Source: Mytilus edulis | Taxonomy: Eukaryota | Reading direction: 5' to 3' | NCBI RefSeq assembly: GCF_963676685.1 | Contig: NC_092345.1 | Coordinates: 38,378,001-38,442,000, forward strand | Length of the DNA: 64,000 nt | Shown here: one piece after another, positions 1 through 11,980 of the stretch | Layout: the number at the start of each line of letters is the position of its first letter | Position numbering within the stretch: position 1 is the first letter of the stretch | Notes under the pieces: model-generated | Databases searched by the model: none | What the model was told of the DNA's origin: nothing | What the model saw: the letters and a program-made list of their open reading frames with translations, nothing else | Position numbers and translations under genes: made by a program

Positions 1-773
1 TTCACAAATGTTGCTTCATACTTGAAAAAAATATTTCATACAGAAATCTAAATACACATATGTTAACAGCTGACTTTCTTGTCTTTTGTTAATGAATGAT
101 ATAGTGATGAATGTTATAGTGTTCCTATGTTTTGGTCTTTTTCCCTATCGTTATTGTTCTTTATAGAAGCAATCATAGTCTTTGTATATGAGTGATGTAA
201 AATTGTTTCATGCTATTTTTAATTTTATGGTTTCTGGTTTATGGTTTTTAAGCTGCGAGAAACAACGCACCTCTGCATATTTTCGAGTTTTTTTATTATT
301 TTCTTTGTGGTCCTTCTTACAGCTTTCAAGATGAGCAACAAAGGCCGTATCTATTGCTGCTTACATTAATTGCATTTGGACTTTAATGAATACTTGTTAA
401 ATTGGCAATCATACCACAGCTCCTTATTTTTCTATTATGAGTCAGAATATTTGTTAAACAATTATAAGCAGAGGTCAGTCCTTTTTTCACCGCTTCTTTA
501 TTTTTCAATTTGTTGAAATAATTTTCTAAAAACAAATTTATTTACAAAGTATGATAAAAAATAAACTGGTTAGATATTTGATTTCCTGACACTCAAGCGA
601 GTTGTCAGTTAAGAATGATGCAATCGTGAAGTTTTGAAGGAATGACTGTCATCCTACAACTAAGCTACAGTTCAAAATTATATGACCTGTTTGACATTCA
701 GTTAACTAAATATGACCGTCATTAAATCTTTTAAAAAAACATCCGCTCTTAAAAATAAGCAAACAAAACTCAC

Positions 774-3700
774 AGAATTCATGTCGTAAAAGAACGATAA
801 CCCCGTTACTGAATGGTGAACATGAGGATGCTTTGTAGTCATGGCAGCACTGGTCACCTGTTTAAGAAAATAGTTTTCAAGCATTTATAAATAGGTAGAT
901 TAACCAATTGTGTGTCTTCAACCCATACATATGGATAAATTTGAGACATATTGATGTTGTATATATATTTATATATTAAATTGTATTTCTCCAAATTTAT
1001 ATCACAAAAGTATTTATGGTGTTAGACCTGTATTTCCACGAGTTATAGGATGGAGAATGCTCGGAGAATGTCTTTCGTGAAGTTGGCACACATGACTTGT
1101 ATAGACGTATAAAATAAATTTAAAGATGTGACAGCATGGTAAATAATATTATCACTTTATACAACAGATAAAACAAAGCTGATCTGAAAGGTTAACCATC
1201 TACTTGCGCCATTATACATCATTTACTGTTTTATACCATGAAGGGGTAATGACAAGCGTAGTTTATTATGTGTTCATTTTAAGATCTTTTGAGGGTATTT
1301 GGGGGTTAAATTTTTCATTTTGAAGCAGATACGGTATATATTGTCCTTACACTGAAACACTTCGTGATACTCATAATATTATCCTTGACGCTTTCAGCAA
1401 TTTATAAACAAAAAGAGCTTTTCCTTCCGGGGAACCGCATCAATTCAACATGAAGTGTGTGTATCGGGACGGGGGGAGGGGGGGGGGGGGGGGGTTACTT
1501 CAGTTTTTGGTTAAAAATGGGTACCAAAGTGCGGCTGGAATGTAACCCACCCCTATTCATATATTAATGCAAAAAAATTTCAGCCCACTCACTGGTTCTG
1601 AACACGGAAACACCAGAAATCAGGTGCGGATCCAGGATTTAATGTTAAGAGGGAGGGCGCAAAAAATATTCAACCATATTGATAATGGTTATTTGTACTC
1701 TTCTACATTTAGAGGCACCAAATAGGTCACTCAATAGCGTGTTGGTATAATGACATCACATTCACATCCCGTATTAGGCACGGACAATTTGATTTTCCGT
1801 GGGATGGGGCTGGGATTGTCATGCGCACCTAGATTTTTTATCATTTAATGTGTTCAGTACACAAAAAGTATTTCCAAATTTTTTTGGGGGGATTGTCAAA
1901 AATGCTAGAAGTGCTCGACAAGTTTGTTTTTTTACCAAATCAGGGTCGGGATATTTTTTGTTATAAATCCCAGTCCGTTTTCACTCTACATGTCACCAAT
2001 TAAAAGTATTTATAAACGCATATTATTTTGATCATTACAATGCATCAAGGGTACAACAATGACATATCCTATGATTAGATCACAAACGCCAATAGTTTCT
2101 GTCGGGAAGACTATTCTTTTGGGTGTCATATTGAGTTGGTATTTCGTCTGTGACACGCTTCAAAAAGAATTAAGATCTTAATATCGCCTATCACCAAAAC
2201 TATATATCTTTAAAAGAGGGACGAAAGATACCAGAGGGACAGTCAAACTCATAAATCGAAAATAAACTGACAACGCCATGGCTAAAAATGAAAAAGACAA
2301 ATAGACAAACAATAGTTTACATGACACAACATATAAAACTAGAATTAGCAACACGAACCCCACCAAAAACCATGGGTGATCTCATGTGCTCCGGAAGGGT
2401 AAGCAGATCCTGCTCCACATGTGGCAACCGTCTTGTTGCTCATGTTATAACAAATACGGTAAATAGTCTAATTCGGTAGGTCACATTCATGAAAGGGAAG
2501 GGGATTGTAGTTATTAGAATGACATTCAAAACAGTGTGGCTGTGGCCATTGATTGACACATTAAATTCATCCATTGGCTGGGACAATTTACGTGAACGTT
2601 TGTATGTAACGACCACTGATCACTATGTACTTTTTAAAGACACTTAAACTATGGGGTCACCAAAGGTTCTCAACACCTTAATAAAGTAATTCGAAAAATT
2701 AATCAGAAATAACACGCTGTTTTGATTTATATCAATTATATAAATCAAAACATAAAGGTTATTCCTGATTATTTTTTCGAATTATTTTATAATTAAAGGC
2801 GTTAAGAAACCTTTGGTAACCCAACAGTTTAAATGTCTATCGTAGGTACGTCGTGAACAGTGGTCGTTACAGACAAACGTTCACGTAAATTGTCCCAGTC
2901 AATGGATGAATTTAATGTGTCAATCAATGGCCACAGCCACACTGTTTTGAATTTTATTCTATTTTATATTAAATTATGAACCAAAGTATATTTCGCTGGT
3001 ATTTTCTAATTATATATATATACTGGTTGTTTGGTTGCTCTAAGAGCGCGGATCACAGTTCAGGCGATGTTGCCAAGATGTAACAAAAGAAGTGTTCGAA
3101 TCCCACTGAGGCAAGAAAGCAATTTAGCGGATTCTGGAATCTAACATTTTAGGCTAAATTTGAGACGAAGTGTATATATTAAGTAGAGGGTTATTCCGGT
3201 ATAACCACGAGTTATATGATTGGGAACGTCTGTCTTAGACGTATATACATGTATCAGTACACGTGATTAAGCGAGCAGTCTATCTGTATTTCACAAAAGG
3301 AATAACAACATTCTGAATAAAGTATACGCTAATTTATTTTCCGAAACATGACTAAAACCTGTCTTTCATTCTCAATGATAGTTATTCATATAGCACACGA
3401 TATATAGGTTTATTAATTACTGTTTATAAAGTTTCTGTATAAAAATATACGCCGAATTTAAGTCGTAACAGTTTTACAAGAAAGATTGACAGCATGATTT
3501 GATTACAGCACGATGAGCTTTTATTTTATATCAAATGAAAGCATTTTTTTGCAAGACAATTTTAGAGGAAAGCGGTTTTTATGTACTGATAGTAAATCGT
3601 GCGTTATTCTGTGTACTTGAAAGGTTCAGTGCTCAGAAAACTAGTTTTTGCCCTCACTTTATAAGCAGGTCACGGCCATACCTAAGACGTTTTTATGTTC

Positions 3701-3968
3701 GCAAGGGAATTGGTGTTGGTGCAGAAATTCTCTATTTAAGATTTCAAATATTCTAGACTCCGATTGAAATCAGAACGTGCCATGTCTAATTGGTCAATTG
3801 ATGCCGCTATCTTGTCATCGCTTGGTTGCTGTCTCATTGACGTATACCAAACATGTTTTAAATACATGTAATGATGAACATACAAATAACAGATACAAAT
3901 GTCGAAATAAAAGATCTTACCAAAATAATACTTGCAAGAAGACCAACTACGGTTATTAAAGACCTCAT
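774..3968 (-). CDS. Secreted BRICHOS-like small protein, paralog A (partial; later exons lie left of the window)
   Basis: Exon 3968-3921 gives MRSLITVVGLLASIIL followed by gtaaga. Exon 857-774 (after cag, before gtgagt) gives VTSAAMTTKHPHVHHSVTGLSFFYDMNS. Phase-0 junctions and the MTT...F[FY][YF]DxxS pattern match paralogs B and C. Confidence 0.75.
2515..2961. mobile_element. Foldback/MITE-like element with about 200-bp imperfect inverted arms
   Basis: TAGAATGACATTCAAAACAGTGTGGCTGTGGCCATTGATTGACACATTAAATTCATCCATTG at the left is reverse-complemented at about 2900-2961; short central spacer; no ORF. Confidence 0.8.
3025..3180 (+). mobile_element. Degenerate tRNA-derived SINE fragment
   Basis: B-box-like GTTCGAATCCC near 3095; the A box is degraded. 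Confidence 0.35.
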
Positions 3969-4490
3969 CTTTGTTGTACATACAATCTGGTAAGTAATCT
4001 TTCGACAGATATCTTCTAGATAGGTAATGGTTTTCTTATCAGCTGAACAAATACCGACCAACTAATAAGAATGCTGTATTTAGTCATGATATTCGAAAAT
4101 ATAAAAATTCCACACTGCTTAATTTCAAAATAATTAATGTCACTTGAATAATTATCCTTGTTATTTTTAAAATAAGTGTTATATTTATCATAAAATAAGA
4201 ATTCATTCAAATGGTTTATCTTTAAAATGCAGTTCAAGATCAAACTATTAAATTTGGCACAATGAATTAGTACCTTACCCAATGTATGAAATCTGTTTTT
4301 CTGTGATTGTCGTTACTTGATGTTAGTCATATTTGGCATTCGTTTATTGATTTTATTTGAAACAGATTTTTTTTTCTCTTGACAATTTATAATGACGAAT
4401 TACTTAAAGCTTTCAATACGGTATGTGTTTTGCTCATTGTTAAAGCTGTATAGTGGCCAATAGTTTTTATACAGGTCTCTGTTGGATAGT

Positions 4491-6141
4491 TGTCTCGTTG
4501 GTAATTATATAAACATCTCTTTATTTTTTCTTAAGTTAAATGTTTGCCAGTGGGCGTTAAACAAACACCAATCCATTTATCCATCTGAATCATCGCCAAA
4601 CAAGCAAGATAAAGGTCAAATGAAATATGTTCATTACAATGTAGTTTGATAGTGTTTTACACCCGACATATTGTGTCAACTTTAACCTATTGGCTCATGG
4701 AAATATAAGAAAGCCGAGAAGAATCATTCAAAATTCAAAATAAAATAAAAAATAATAGTTTATAATTCATAATTTTGTCTCATAATCTTATAGAAGTGCT
4801 ATTACAATTTTTCTTTTTTGATTGATATATAAAAAAAACAGTAACCCCTTGGTCTTCTTCCGATTTGCAGTAAACGCTTGTTCTTGTTTTGCTGTGCAGG
4901 ACACATAGATGATGTTCGGGGTTGCCATGATAAAGGAATTACCAATTAAATTTCCTAAATTTTTAGGTTATACCCTGCTGCTGGTGGACTATAGTACTTG
5001 TCGTGTGATGACCTATAGTTGTTAATTTGTTATGTCAGTTGGATTCTTATGGAGAGTTGTCTCATTGGCACTCATACCGCATCTTCTTTCTATATAAGAT
5101 TACAAAAATACATGTATATTTAACCTAGTAACCAGTGCATTAATTCTGGTCTGATTTATTTGACAGTTTGTGTAAAAATATACTGAGTAAATCATTTTGC
5201 AAAAATGCTAGGGTTTTATCCTCTCTGATGGTTTAAACTGTTTTTGTTACTATCGAAACTAATAAAGATTATTCGAAAAACACTTCCTGAAACTTTCTAT
5301 CTTTTCCAAAAACCTTTGGTAAAATGGTGACAAATTGATATCCAGAAAACACTTCATACAAAGCCGGTAAAACTAGTTACGCATTTTAAATACTTTGATT
5401 TACCACACAAGTCGATGGCATGTACTGGACGTTTTTCCCCGGTGCACACATCAAAATAATTACATTAGATGCATTGTATGTTTCATTATAATACGTTATT
5501 CTGATTGGCTAACTGCACATCGCGTGTTATTCCTTAAGCAATTGCATTACTCAATGAAACTTATCATTCATGTTAACACGAGGTTCCACAATAAAGTGCA
5601 CAGGTGAATTAAATCAAAAGTTGATAAAATTCGTGTTTTCATGATCCTAGCTAAAAAATGTAATTATAAGAATTGAATGCTTCTTTTTGTAACTTCATAG
5701 GGTTGTAAAAGCGTTGACTGTGCGCACATTTTTAGAATGAAGCGCTTCCGCGCTTCATACAAAATGTACTTCGGTCAATGCTTTTACATCCAGGTAGAAT
5801 GAAGTTACAAAAAGAAGCATTCAATTCTTAAGTAGTTTCACAATGAGTGTAAATGAATACAACATTGATTTGTCATCAGGTATTCAAGTATCACAACTAG
5901 AAAAAATAGGAAGCTTCCTGAAATAAACGTTGCTTGAACGTTAAATACATTTTATTCTTCTAAAGTAACAAGACTTTGGATGTGGGTCAAATTTAAATCA
6001 TGGTTGTTTTAATTATTTTGGCATTGTGTCGATATTTGTAGTGGACTATCAGTTTCCGAGTTTATCATCATCTCAGAACATCGTTACTGACATGATTTAA
6101 AACAATGTTTGTTTAGATTTACCGTTTTTCAATTTAGAAAG
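4491..6141 (+). repeat. 1.65-kb direct repeat, left copy (putative giant target-site duplication)
   Basis: Matches 10330-11980 at a constant offset of 5839. The only difference I found is C4877/T10716. Confidence 0.95.
5457..5831. mobile_element. Double-hairpin non-autonomous element (further copies at 11296-11670 and 18363-18728)
   Basis: An arm bounded by TAATTACATT...AATGTAATTA and containing TCTGATTGG is followed by a roughly 165-bp palindrome centred on GAAGCGCTTCCGCGCTTC. Confidence 0.7.
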
Positions 6142-6143
6142 GT

Positions 6144-6593
6144 TTGCCGCACAGGACACATGAAACGCAAAATGAAGGAAACAGAAACATTTCGAAACAA
6201 AATACGGGAAACAATGAAATTACTTATAAAATTCCTGTTCGACTTGAAGGAGTCACTAACAATGTTGAAACGACAAATGAAAACTTTTTTACGGGTGTTA
6301 CGAAGAACAGAACGGCTAGGTATTACATGTCAGGAATTGACTCAAAATCTACACGAGCTGGAATTTTAAATTACTTAGAAAATAAAAATGTACATGTAAC
6401 ATACTTACGTTTGTTTAGCACAAGGAACAATGATCGTCGGATAGCTGCAAAGCTTAACATCACAGAAAATTGTGCAGAAATTGTTGAAACAGAAAACTTT
6501 TGGCCGAAAGGCGTGTATTGTAGAAAATGGTTAAGCAACCGTGAATGGAATCAACGCTTTACGGATGATGTTCATCATGAACCAGACTCATAA
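6144..6593 (+). CDS. LINE ORF1, C-terminal fragment (RRM-like)
   Basis: YYMSGIDSKST...AAKLNI...FWPKGVYCRKW resembles the C-terminus of RRM-type LINE ORF1 proteins; it starts at the 5' truncation point. Confidence 0.75.
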   Translation: MPHRTHETQNEGNRNISKQNTGNNEITYKIPVRLEGVTNNVETTNENFFTGVTKNRTARYYMSGIDSKSTRAGILNYLENKNVHVTYLRLFSTRNNDRRIAAKLNITENCAEIVETENFWPKGVYCRKWLSNREWNQRFTDDVHHEPDS

Positions 6594-6605
6594 TAAACAA
6601 TTAAA

Positions 6606-9600
6606 ATGCAGTGTAAAATTTTATTTTCCCCTGTTACCTTGGTTACCTTGTTTCTTATAATGTCTAGTCTAAAACTTTTAGCATGGAATGTAAGAGGTAT
6701 TATGTCTTCTACTGTATGTTTGAGTAATTTATTAAGAAGTACTGACTGTGATGTTTGTATTATCTCTGAACATAAACTTAAAACCAGATCCTTAAATTAT
6801 TTGTCAAGTATTGAACAAGGATATAATTGTGTATGTAAAGCTGATTCATTGCCTAATTTTTATAACGCATATCATGGTAAAGGTGGTATTGCCATCCTCT
6901 ATAAGAGCACACTTCAATTTTCTATTAATGAAATTCATGATACGAACTCAGAAAGAATTGTTGGTCTTGAGATCAAAACCCCATCTAAAGGGTCATTATT
7001 TATTTTTGGTGCATATTTACCATCTGATGAATCTGTAGATAACTATAGAACTGAACTTAATATATTAGATGCATTATATACTCATTATAGTAATTATGGA
7101 AATGTTATAATCGCAGGGGATTTAAATGCCAGTTGTCTTGAGAAAGATAAATTATGTTCAAACAGGTATAAATCAGTGGAGCTAATAAAATTTGTTAAAA
7201 GATATCAATTGCTGTTTTCAGGTGGAAAAATTAAACATAAAGGGCCAGATTATACATTTATTAATAAGACATCAATGATTGATTATATTCTTATGAATGA
7301 TAGTATATATAGGCAGCTTAAGTCTTATGAAATACTTAGCGAGGGTTCGGTCAGTAGCACATCCGATCATTTACCAGTTTTAGCCGAAATAGAGTTGCAA
7401 CATAATCCTCATCAAATAGTGAATTCATTAAATAAGCTACCAGCATGGCATAAAATAACGGACGATCAAATCGCAAAGTACAAACAATTTTTACACGAAC
7501 CTTTACAAATTTTGATTAAGAAAATGGACTCAGATAATGCAGATATTGATACTATATACAACGATATGGTGACTATTTTACATGCTGCCGCAGATAAAAC
7601 TGTCCCGAAGTGTGGATTTAATCCTTTTACTAAACCGTATTGGACGGCTGGTGTTAAGATTGCCCACGAGAAGGAACGATCATTACGAAAAGCCTGGGTT
7701 ATTGACGGTCGTCCTAGAGGTATGCATCACAATTCATATAAGTTATACAAGAGAGCAAAACATGAATTCCGAAATATACAACAGGCTGCGTATGAACAAT
7801 ATATACAACAAACTAACGATGACATTAATAAGGCAGCTGAATGCGATATCCGTCTTTTTTGGAAACTCATTAAGCGTAATAAAACTGTCTCGTCTAAAAT
7901 TTATCCTGAAATAATCCAAGATGATAATATATGCAACACTCCCGAAAGCATCGCTAATGCATTTATGGACTACTTTTCGAAACTTTACCAACCTGACAGT
8001 GATGAAATGTATGATAATGACACGAAACAACAGATTGAACTTGATTACAATAAAATATTAAAATCTTGTTATGAACAAAACGTGTATTTACCCGGTGGTA
8101 TTATCCAAGAAAGTGAAGTTGATGGTATAATCAAACTCTTGAAGCGTAGAAAAGCTAGTGGTCATGACAAAATTCAACATGAACATCTGTTGTATGGTGG
8201 AAATACTTTAGTCCGATGCTTAACGACGTTATTCAATCTAGTTGTGAGTAAAGGTCGTATCCCTTATGGATGGAAACTAGGTCTTCTTGTTCCATTATTT
8301 AAAGGCAACAATAAACCTAAGACTTCACCGGACAGTTACCGACCAATCACCTTACTTCCATGTGTTCTCAAAGTGTTCGAGCATATTATTAAGTCAAGAT
8401 TGATGTTATATGTCTTCGATGGAAGTGTCTTTCCGAACCCTCAGCAGCAAGGTTTTCAGAAATATCTTGGATGTCTCACTGCATCTTTTAATTTACATGA
8501 AACTATATTTCATAATATTGAATTATTTAGTAAAATTTTTGTAGCATTCCTGGATAGCAGGAAAGCATTTGATACAGTATGGAGGCTAGGTTTAATGTAC
8601 AAACTGTTTAAACTTGGTGTAAATGGTAAACTATGGTTAATTATTAATGACTGTCATTATAATACGAAAAGTGCAGTTATTGTCAATCAATGTCAATCAG
8701 ATTTTTTCCCTGTATTAGAAGGTGTACGACAAGGAGGTGTGCTCTCAGGGTTATTGTATTTAGTTTTTATAAATGATTTAATTTGTGATCTGGAAAAATT
8801 TAATCCAAATACAGGTATTTTCAATATCAATTGTTGTGCACCTGCTCTTGCAGATGACATATCATGTATTGCCACATCTCCAGCTTCCTTGCAACGTATG
8901 CTTAATGTGTGTAACCAATATTCAAAGAAATGGCGTTTTCGTTTCAATGCAAATAAGTCGTGTATCATTCAATTTTCTGTGAATACGAGAGAGATCAATG
9001 TCAATTTTCCATGGTTTATTGGTAATGAACGTATCCCGATAGCAAATAACTATCTACACTTAGGTATAGAACTAAACTCTCGATTTAAATCAAATCAAAG
9101 AACTGAAAGTTCATGTAGAAAAGGCAGAAACGCATACTTTGCATTGAATGGTATAAAGACAAACGCAACGAATCCATGTGTATTACTCAAACTATATAAA
9201 ACTGTGATACTAACCAGTGTATTATACGGGTGTGAGATGTGGAATAACATGAAATCTTATGACAAAGCTACTTTAAACCGGTTTCAACATTTTATAGTGA
9301 AACATATACTCAACTTGAAAACATCGACTCGATCTGATATGTGCGAAAGTATTCTTGGTATTCATCCAATAACAGGATATATTGACAAAAGAAAACTTAT
9401 ATTCCTACAAAAACTGTGTACCTTAGACATTTCCTCTCTTTCTAAGAAGATATTTCTTACCAGGTTGTTTACTTTCTTTTTAGATTCTCAAAGGAAGCAA
9501 TACGGATTTATTCCTGATATCATTGAGATTTTAAAACAGTATGGACTTATGAGTTACCTTCTTGACTATATTGAAGATGGAACATTTCCGTCAAAACAAA

Positions 9601-10115
9601 TTTGGAAGTCTATCGTTTATAGCGCAGTTGATAGTATACAGTTAAACAATTGGTTACACCGTGTTAATTCTGATGACAACTTCACACGTTTCAGGAATAT
9701 TCATACATCAGTGACAATTACGGAATTTTGGAAACACTCAAGTTGTTTTAAGGAGATTAAAAATTCCTTTTTAATCACCAAATTACTAACTGAAATACCA
9801 AATACAACAAGTAATACATGTGATATATGTACAAGGAATTTTAAAGATGTTTATGTACACGCTTGCTGCAATTGCCCAAGTACTAATGAACAGTGCGAAG
9901 TATGGTGGGACATTTTAAGTAACAATTTTCCAGTGCAGCTTTACTGTGAATTAAGCATGTATGACGACGAAATCCTGTTTCAAATTTTACTCGGTCGAAA
10001 ACCACTGACAATTTTTTCAAGCATAGATGAATCCGATCAATTTCTCAAGCTGTGTCATGCACATGTTATCCAGTGTGTAGCAGAATATAGTCGATCTCTT
10101 AGACAGTGTTGTTAG
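6606..10115 (+). CDS. LINE ORF2: apurinic endonuclease + reverse transcriptase + C-terminal Cys/His knuckle
   Basis: APE motifs WNVRG, SEH, GDLNA, IDYI, SDHLPV. RT motifs YRPITLL, QQGF, FLDSRKAFDTV, GVRQGGVLS, LADD, HLGI. C-terminal CDIC-x9-H-x4-C. 1169 aa with no stops. Confidence 0.97.
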   Translation: MQCKILFSPVTLVTLFLIMSSLKLLAWNVRGIMSSTVCLSNLLRSTDCDVCIISEHKLKTRSLNYLSSIEQGYNCVCKADSLPNFYNAYHGKGGIAILYKSTLQFSINEIHDTNSERIVGLEIKTPSKGSLFIFGAYLPSDESVDNYRTELNILDALYTHYSNYGNVIIAGDLNASCLEKDKLCSNRYKSVELIKFVKRYQLLFSGGKIKHKGPDYTFINKTSMIDYILMNDSIYRQLKSYEILSEGSVSSTSDHLPVLAEIELQHNPHQIVNSLNKLPAWHKITDDQIAKYKQFLHEPLQILIKKMDSDNADIDTIYNDMVTILHAAADKTVPKCGFNPFTKPYWTAGVKIAHEKERSLRKAWVIDGRPRGMHHNSYKLYKRAKHEFRNIQQAAYEQYIQQTNDDINKAAECDIRLFWKLIKRNKTVSSKIYPEIIQDDNICNTPESIANAFMDYFSKLYQPDSDEMYDNDTKQQIELDYNKILKSCYEQNVYLPGGIIQESEVDGIIKLLKRRKASGHDKIQHEHLLYGGNTLVRCLTTLFNLVVSKGRIPYGWKLGLLVPLFKGNNKPKTSPDSYRPITLLPCVLKVFEHIIKSRLMLYVFDGSVFPNPQQQGFQKYLGCLTASFNLHETIFHNIELFSKIFVAFLDSRKAFDTVWRLGLMYKLFKLGVNGKLWLIINDCHYNTKSAVIVNQCQSDFFPVLEGVRQGGVLSGLLYLVFINDLICDLEKFNPNTGIFNINCCAPALADDISCIATSPASLQRMLNVCNQYSKKWRFRFNANKSCIIQFSVNTREINVNFPWFIGNERIPIANNYLHLGIELNSRFKSNQRTESSCRKGRNAYFALNGIKTNATNPCVLLKLYKTVILTSVLYGCEMWNNMKSYDKATLNRFQHFIVKHILNLKTSTRSDMCESILGIHPITGYIDKRKLIFLQKLCTLDISSLSKKIFLTRLFTFFLDSQRKQYGFIPDIIEILKQYGLMSYLLDYIEDGTFPSKQIWKSIVYSAVDSIQLNNWLHRVNSDDNFTRFRNIHTSVTITEFWKHSSCFKEIKNSFLITKLLTEIPNTTSNTCDICTRNFKDVYVHACCNCPSTNEQCEVWWDILSNNFPVQLYCELSMYDDEILFQILLGRKPLTIFSSIDESDQFLKLCHAHVIQCVAEYSRSLRQCC

Positions 10116-10329
10116 ATGTGTCAATACATGATGTGTCACTGCATTTTTACTTAAACATTGCTTGCATAGACTATTTATATATTATCTTTTGTGTATTTAC
10201 CTTATATTTTGCTCTTATACTAAAATTGTGTGTGTAATTATATTGTAACGTTTACTTATATTTAATTATTGTATGTTCATTGAATCTCATTTATGAGGAA
10301 TTAAAGATATGAATGAATGAATGAATGAA

Positions 10330-11980
10330 TGTCTCGTTGGTAATTATATAAACATCTCTTTATTTTTTCTTAAGTTAAATGTTTGCCAGTGGGCGTTAAA
10401 CAAACACCAATCCATTTATCCATCTGAATCATCGCCAAACAAGCAAGATAAAGGTCAAATGAAATATGTTCATTACAATGTAGTTTGATAGTGTTTTACA
10501 CCCGACATATTGTGTCAACTTTAACCTATTGGCTCATGGAAATATAAGAAAGCCGAGAAGAATCATTCAAAATTCAAAATAAAATAAAAAATAATAGTTT
10601 ATAATTCATAATTTTGTCTCATAATCTTATAGAAGTGCTATTACAATTTTTCTTTTTTGATTGATATATAAAAAAAACAGTAACCCCTTGGTCTTCTTCC
10701 GATTTGCAGTAAACGTTTGTTCTTGTTTTGCTGTGCAGGACACATAGATGATGTTCGGGGTTGCCATGATAAAGGAATTACCAATTAAATTTCCTAAATT
10801 TTTAGGTTATACCCTGCTGCTGGTGGACTATAGTACTTGTCGTGTGATGACCTATAGTTGTTAATTTGTTATGTCAGTTGGATTCTTATGGAGAGTTGTC
10901 TCATTGGCACTCATACCGCATCTTCTTTCTATATAAGATTACAAAAATACATGTATATTTAACCTAGTAACCAGTGCATTAATTCTGGTCTGATTTATTT
11001 GACAGTTTGTGTAAAAATATACTGAGTAAATCATTTTGCAAAAATGCTAGGGTTTTATCCTCTCTGATGGTTTAAACTGTTTTTGTTACTATCGAAACTA
11101 ATAAAGATTATTCGAAAAACACTTCCTGAAACTTTCTATCTTTTCCAAAAACCTTTGGTAAAATGGTGACAAATTGATATCCAGAAAACACTTCATACAA
11201 AGCCGGTAAAACTAGTTACGCATTTTAAATACTTTGATTTACCACACAAGTCGATGGCATGTACTGGACGTTTTTCCCCGGTGCACACATCAAAATAATT
11301 ACATTAGATGCATTGTATGTTTCATTATAATACGTTATTCTGATTGGCTAACTGCACATCGCGTGTTATTCCTTAAGCAATTGCATTACTCAATGAAACT
11401 TATCATTCATGTTAACACGAGGTTCCACAATAAAGTGCACAGGTGAATTAAATCAAAAGTTGATAAAATTCGTGTTTTCATGATCCTAGCTAAAAAATGT
11501 AATTATAAGAATTGAATGCTTCTTTTTGTAACTTCATAGGGTTGTAAAAGCGTTGACTGTGCGCACATTTTTAGAATGAAGCGCTTCCGCGCTTCATACA
11601 AAATGTACTTCGGTCAATGCTTTTACATCCAGGTAGAATGAAGTTACAAAAAGAAGCATTCAATTCTTAAGTAGTTTCACAATGAGTGTAAATGAATACA
11701 ACATTGATTTGTCATCAGGTATTCAAGTATCACAACTAGAAAAAATAGGAAGCTTCCTGAAATAAACGTTGCTTGAACGTTAAATACATTTTATTCTTCT
11801 AAAGTAACAAGACTTTGGATGTGGGTCAAATTTAAATCATGGTTGTTTTAATTATTTTGGCATTGTGTCGATATTTGTAGTGGACTATCAGTTTCCGAGT
11901 TTATCATCATCTCAGAACATCGTTACTGACATGATTTAAAACAATGTTTGTTTAGATTTACCGTTTTTCAATTTAGAAAG
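10330..11980 (+). repeat. 1.65-kb direct repeat, right copy
   Basis: Begins at the last base of the LINE tail and ends ...ATTTAGAAAG, where it diverges from the left copy. Confidence 0.95.

Larger units (their letters stand above)
6142..10330 (+). mobile_element. 5'-truncated non-LTR retrotransposon (LINE, APE-RT) with (GAAT)n tail
   Basis: Truncated ORF1, intact ORF2, about 200-nt 3' UTR, and a GAATGAATGAATGAATGAAT tail at 10311-10330. Boundaries are defined by the flanking direct repeat. Confidence 0.95.

Noticed and set aside
1466-1495. G-run / G-quadruplex
   Set aside because: Simple homopolymer tract with no functional evidence, and its length is unreliable in assemblies.
4843-4929. 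Possible minus-strand exon MATPNIIYVSCTAKQEQAFTANRKKTK inside the duplication
   Set aside because: Weak donor site and no partner exons found.
5395-5607. Identical 70-aa ORFs at 5395 and 11234
   Set aside because: Spurious ORFs over a non-coding element; identical only because of the duplication.
6109-6369. 86-aa ORF spanning the LINE 5' junction
   Set aside because: Alternate-frame chimera of flank and ORF1 with no independent support.
4491-11980. LTR retrotransposon interpretation of the direct repeats
   Set aside because: The interior is APE-RT with a simple-repeat tail and no gag, protease or integrase. The repeats lack TG...CA ends and consist of host sequence.
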